A stretch of DNA of 64,000 nt from an uncultured Candidatus Rokubacteria bacterium. GTDB taxonomy: Bacteria > Methylomirabilota > Methylomirabilia > Rokubacteriales > CSP1-6. Shown piece by piece: positions 58,860-64,000 of the stretch. Location of the stretch: assembly GCA_963762145.1 (NCBI GenBank), contig CAVXJS010000007.1, positions 96,001 to 160,000 of the forward strand. Reading direction: 5' to 3'. Numbering within the stretch: the first letter of the stretch is position 1; each line of letters begins with the position of its first letter. The notes beneath the pieces were generated by a model. The model saw nothing but the letters and a program-made list of their open reading frames with translations, did not search any database and was not told the origin of the DNA. The position numbers were made by a program, and so were the translations under genes.

Positions 58860-59944
58860 TCAGGTTGAAGGTGACCTGCCGGGGCGGGCCGGCCCTGGGT
58901 CTCTCCTTGAAACTGCCGACGCGGTCACCCGGATCCACACCAGGTGCAGGAAGCCGGCGATGCCGCGAGGCATGACGTACATGAACACGATGAGGAAGAT
59001 CCCGAAGATGGCCCAGGGTGCGGCCTTGGAGATGTCCTGGGCCCAGTTCGGCACGAACTGGATGAACAGCGCCCCGAATACCGCGCCGGAGATGGTCGCG
59101 AGCCCGCCGATCACGATCCCGGTCAGCAGCGTGATGGACAGGAAGACGTTGAAGGAGTCGGGGGCGACGAACGCGATGGCGAGGGCGGAGAGCGCGCCCG
59201 CGATGCCGGTGTAGGCCGCGCTGACGCCGAAGACGACCGACTTGTAGAGCGCATTGTTGATGCCCATGGCCTCGGCGGCGATGTGGTTGTCGCGGATGGC
59301 CACGATGGCCCGGCCCACGCGGCCGCGCAGGAGGTTCCAGGCCAGGACGAAGAGGACGAGGGCGACGGCGAGGGTGAAGAAGTAGAGCCACTGGTCCTCG
59401 GTGAGACGCAGGCCGAACGGGGCCTTGGGCTTGGACAGCACGATGCCCTGCGAGCCGCCCGTCCAGTGCTCGAAGTACTTGAGGATCTGCGGCACCGCCA
59501 GGGCGAGCGAGAAGGTCGCGAGCGCCAGGTAGAGGCCTTCCAGCCGCAGGGCGGGGCGGCCGAACAGGAAGCCGACGACGAGGCAGACGAACCCGGCCGA
59601 CCGGCATCGTCCAGCCATACCCGATGTTCCACCGGTCGATCATGATCGCGGTCGTGTAGGCGCCGATCGCGTAGAAGGCGCCGTGGCCCAGCGAGAACTG
59701 GCCGTTGTAGCCGGTCAAGCAGTTCAGGCCGAGCAGCGCGATGGCGTAGATCAGGACCTGGGTGAACTGGAAGAGGCGGAAGCCGCTCAGTCACGAAGGG
59801 CAGCGCGACCGCGACGACCAGCGACCAGGACGATCACCGCGGCCAGATCGAGCGGGCGGACCGCGGGGGCCCGCGCCGTCGAGGCGCCGCCACCGGCCGG
59901 CTCGCCGCCTTCGTCGCCCGTCGCCGCCGTACCGGGACGTCCAT
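58860..59944 (-). CDS. LivM-like permease (frameshifted)
   Basis: GYNGQFSLGHGAF, RLEGLYLALAT, AIRDN..AA.AMG. Confidence 0.78.
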
Positions 59945-59946
59945 CG

Positions 59947-60833
59947 CTAGACCCGGCGGACCACGGTGCGGCCGAAGAGGCCGCTCGGCCGGACCAGCAG
60001 CACGACGATGATCATGGCCAGCGCGACCGTCAGCTTCAGCTCGGTGCCGATGAAGCTCACGTAGGTGCCGACCAGGTTCTCGGTCACCCCGACCAGCAGG
60101 CCGCCGACCACCGCGCCGAGCGGGCTCGTGAAGCCGCCCACCGTGGCCGCCGCGAAGGCGTAGAGCTGGATGCCGCCCATCATGTTCGGGTCGAGGAAGA
60201 CCACGGGGGCGACCATCATGCCCGCCACCGCGCCGAAGGCCGCGGCCAGGCCCCAGCCGAGCGCGAGCATCCAGCTCACGCGGATGCCGCAGAGCCGGCT
60301 CGACGACGGGATTCTGCGCGGCGGCGCGCATGGCCAGGCCGAGCGTCGTGTAGCGGAAGAAGAGCGAAGAGCAGGGCGAGCACGACGAGCGTCACGCCGA
60401 TCGCGCCCAGGTCGTGGGCGCCGAAGACGATATTGCCGATCCTGATGGGCTTGCTGCGGGAAGGGGCTCGGGAAGGGCTTCTGGATGTAGGAGTAGATCC
60501 AGCCCGCGATGCTGTTCAGGATCACGAGCAGGCCCAGGGTGACGATGACGATGGTCAGGATCGGCGCGTTCTCGACGGGCCGGATCACGACGCGCTCGAT
60601 GACGCAGGCCGCCCACGAAGGCGAGGGCCACCGTCGCAGCAGAACGCGACCCAGTAGGGCATGCCCGCCTGGAGAAACGTCCACGCGAGGTACGTGCTGA
60701 ACATCGCCATCTCGCCCTGGGCGAAGTTCACCACGTCGGTGGCCTGGTAGATCATGACGAGGGCCAGCGCGAGGCTCGCGTAGATGCCGCCGGTGGCGAG
60801 CCCCGAGACGACCTGCTGGACGAAGATGTCCAT
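59947..60833 (-). CDS. LivH-like permease (frameshifted)
   Basis: SGLATGGIYA...VVNFAQG, GGFTSPLGAVVGG, RPSGLFG. Confidence 0.78.
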
Positions 60834-60851
60834 CCGCGCTCCGGTACTGCC

Positions 60852-61568
60852 TCAGTACCCGAGGTACGAGCGGCGGATGGCGTCGTCCTTCTTGAGCTCG
60901 CGGCCGGGCCCGACATGACGACGCGTCCGGTCTCGAGCAGATACGCCTGGTCGGCCAGGTCGAGCGCGAGGGCGGCGTTCTGCTCGACGAGGAGCACGCT
61001 CACCCGCTCCTCGCTGGTTGATCGTCCGCACGATGCGGAAGATCTCCCGCACGATCAGCGGAGCGAGACCGAGGGACGGCTCGTCGAGCAGGAGCAGGCG
61101 CGGGCGCGACATGAGCGCGCGCGCCACCGCGAGCATCTGCTGCTCGCCGCCCGTCAGCGTGCCCGCCTGCTGGCGCCGGCGCTCCGCGAGCACCGGGAAG
61201 TACTGGTACACCTTGCTCGTAGGCCCCTGCGAGGCCCGACCGGTCGCGGCGGGCGTAGGCCCCGAGCCGCAGGTTCTCCTCGACGGTGAGGTCGACGAAG
61301 GTGCCGCGGCCCTCCGGCGTGTGGGCGATGCCGAGGCGGACGATGTTCTCCGTCGTCTTGCCGTCGATCCGCTGGCCGTCGAAGCGCACCTCGCCGGACG
61401 GTCTTGACCATCGGCGCAGACCGCGCGGAGCGTGGTGGTCTTGCCCGCGCCGTTGGCGCCGAGGATGGTGGTGATGCCGCCCGCCTCCACGGCGAAGCGG
61501 AGCCCGTGGAGGACCATGGTGCTGCCGTATTGCGCGTGGAGGTCGTCGGCCTCGAGCATCGCGGGCAC
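60852..61568 (-). CDS. LivF-like ABC ATPase (frameshifted)
   Basis: [33 protein letters not shown]. Confidence 0.8.
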   Translation of the reverse strand: MPAMLEADDLHAQYGSTMVLHGLRFAVEAGGITTILGANGAGKTTTLRAVCADGQDRPARCASTASGSTARRRRTSSASASPTRRRAAAPSSTSPSRRTCGSGPTPAATGRASQGPTSKVYQYFPVLAERRRQQAGTLTGGEQQMLAVARALMSRPRLLLLDEPSLGLAPLIVREIFRIVRTINQRGAGERAPRRAERRPRARPGRPGVSARDRTRRHVGPGRELKKDDAIRRSYLGY

Positions 61569-61571
61569 GGA

Positions 61572-62355
61572 TCAGTTCTCGCTGCCGAGGTACGCGCGGA
61601 TCACTTCGGGGTCGCGCTGCACCTCGGCGGGCGCGCCCTCGGCGATCTTCTTGCCGAAGTCGAGCACGACCACGCGGTCGGAGACCTGCATCACCAGGCT
61701 CATGTGGTGCTCGACGAGCAGCACGGTCACCCCTCGCCGCTCGCGGATCGAGCGCAGGATGGCGCCAGCGCGCCGACTTCCTCGTGGTTCAGGCCGCCCG
61801 CGGGCTCGTCCACGAGGAGGAGCTTGGGCTGACCCGCGAGGGCCCGCGCGAGCTCCACGCGCTTCAGGGTGCCGAACGGCAGGCCCGCCGCGGGATGCCC
61901 GGCGACGCGCTCGAGATCGAGGAAGGCGATGATCTCCATGGCCGCCTCGCGCATCGTGCCGCTCTTCGCGGCTGACCCACGGCAGCCGCAGCGCATTGCT
62001 CAGGAAGTCGCTGCTGCGTCCGCGCGTGCACGCCGACCATCACGTTCTGCAGCACGGTCAGCGTCGGGAAGAGCGCGAGGTTCTGGAAGGTGCGGCCGAT
62101 GCCCAGCGCGGCCACGTGATGCGGGGTGTCGCTCACGATGGACTGCCCCTCGAAGAGGACGTCGCCCGCGCTCGGCGTGTAGAGCCGGCTCACGCAGTTG
62201 AACAGCGTGGTCTTGCCCGCGCCATTGGGGCCGATGAGGCCGACGATATGCCCCGGCGCCATGTCGAAGGACACCGCGTCGAGCGCCACGATGCCGCCGA
62301 AGCGCATCGAGACGTTGCGGACGGCCAGCAGCGATGTGGATGCGAGCGGCCCCAT
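61572..62355 (-). CDS. LivG-like ABC ATPase (frameshifted)
   Basis: [35 protein letters not shown]. Confidence 0.8.
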
Positions 62356-62426
62356 TGCCCTCCAGATCTCCCGACACGAGCGCTCCGAGGGAGCATGTCG
62401 GCGTGGCGTTCTGCAGCGTGGCCTAG

Positions 62427-62482
62427 TTTATAGAGAGTGGTCCCGTCTTTTGTCAATCCTAAAGCACACTTCCTGGTATAAT
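62427..62482. promoter_or_regulatory. Divergent sigma70-type promoters
   Basis: Minus strand TTGACA-N18-TATAAA toward the liv operon; plus strand extended -10 TGGTATAAT toward ettA. Confidence 0.6.
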
Positions 62483-62561
62483 CCCTGGTGGCAGGCCCGG
62501 TTCCCGGGTCGAGCCTAGGCCGCGTCGAGCACGAACCCAACGCACCGAATCGGGGAGATCC

Positions 62562-64000
<1,439 letters not shown>

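Overview
GC-rich bacterial chromosomal window that is densely coding, with about 55 CDS and no rRNA, tRNA, CRISPR array or transposase visible. Gene content, leaderless genes and repeat families resemble Rokubacteria/Methylomirabilota-type genomes (inference only). Most genes are catabolic or transport genes: ABC systems, CoA transferases, aldolases, AOR, FBPase/aldolase, msrA, mtgA and ettA. The most unusual items are (1) an operon of an output-less CHASE2 membrane protein, a small secreted Cys protein with a GATRG tail and an M48/TPR lipoprotein; (2) a Liv-type ABC operon carrying a circularly permuted family-5 SBP-like 736-aa protein beside a Cys-motif membrane protein; (3) a split cyclopropane-synthase-like methyltransferase wrapped around a geranylgeranyl-reductase-family flavoprotein; (4) a heme-c sensor class III cyclase with a guanylate-cyclase-like Glu; (5) an apparent Anbu-AOR fusion; (6) several MITE/REP-like and tandem repeats. 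Scattered frameshifts become dense after about 58.5 kb and suggest uncorrected indel errors, so apparent fusions and pseudogenes need caution.
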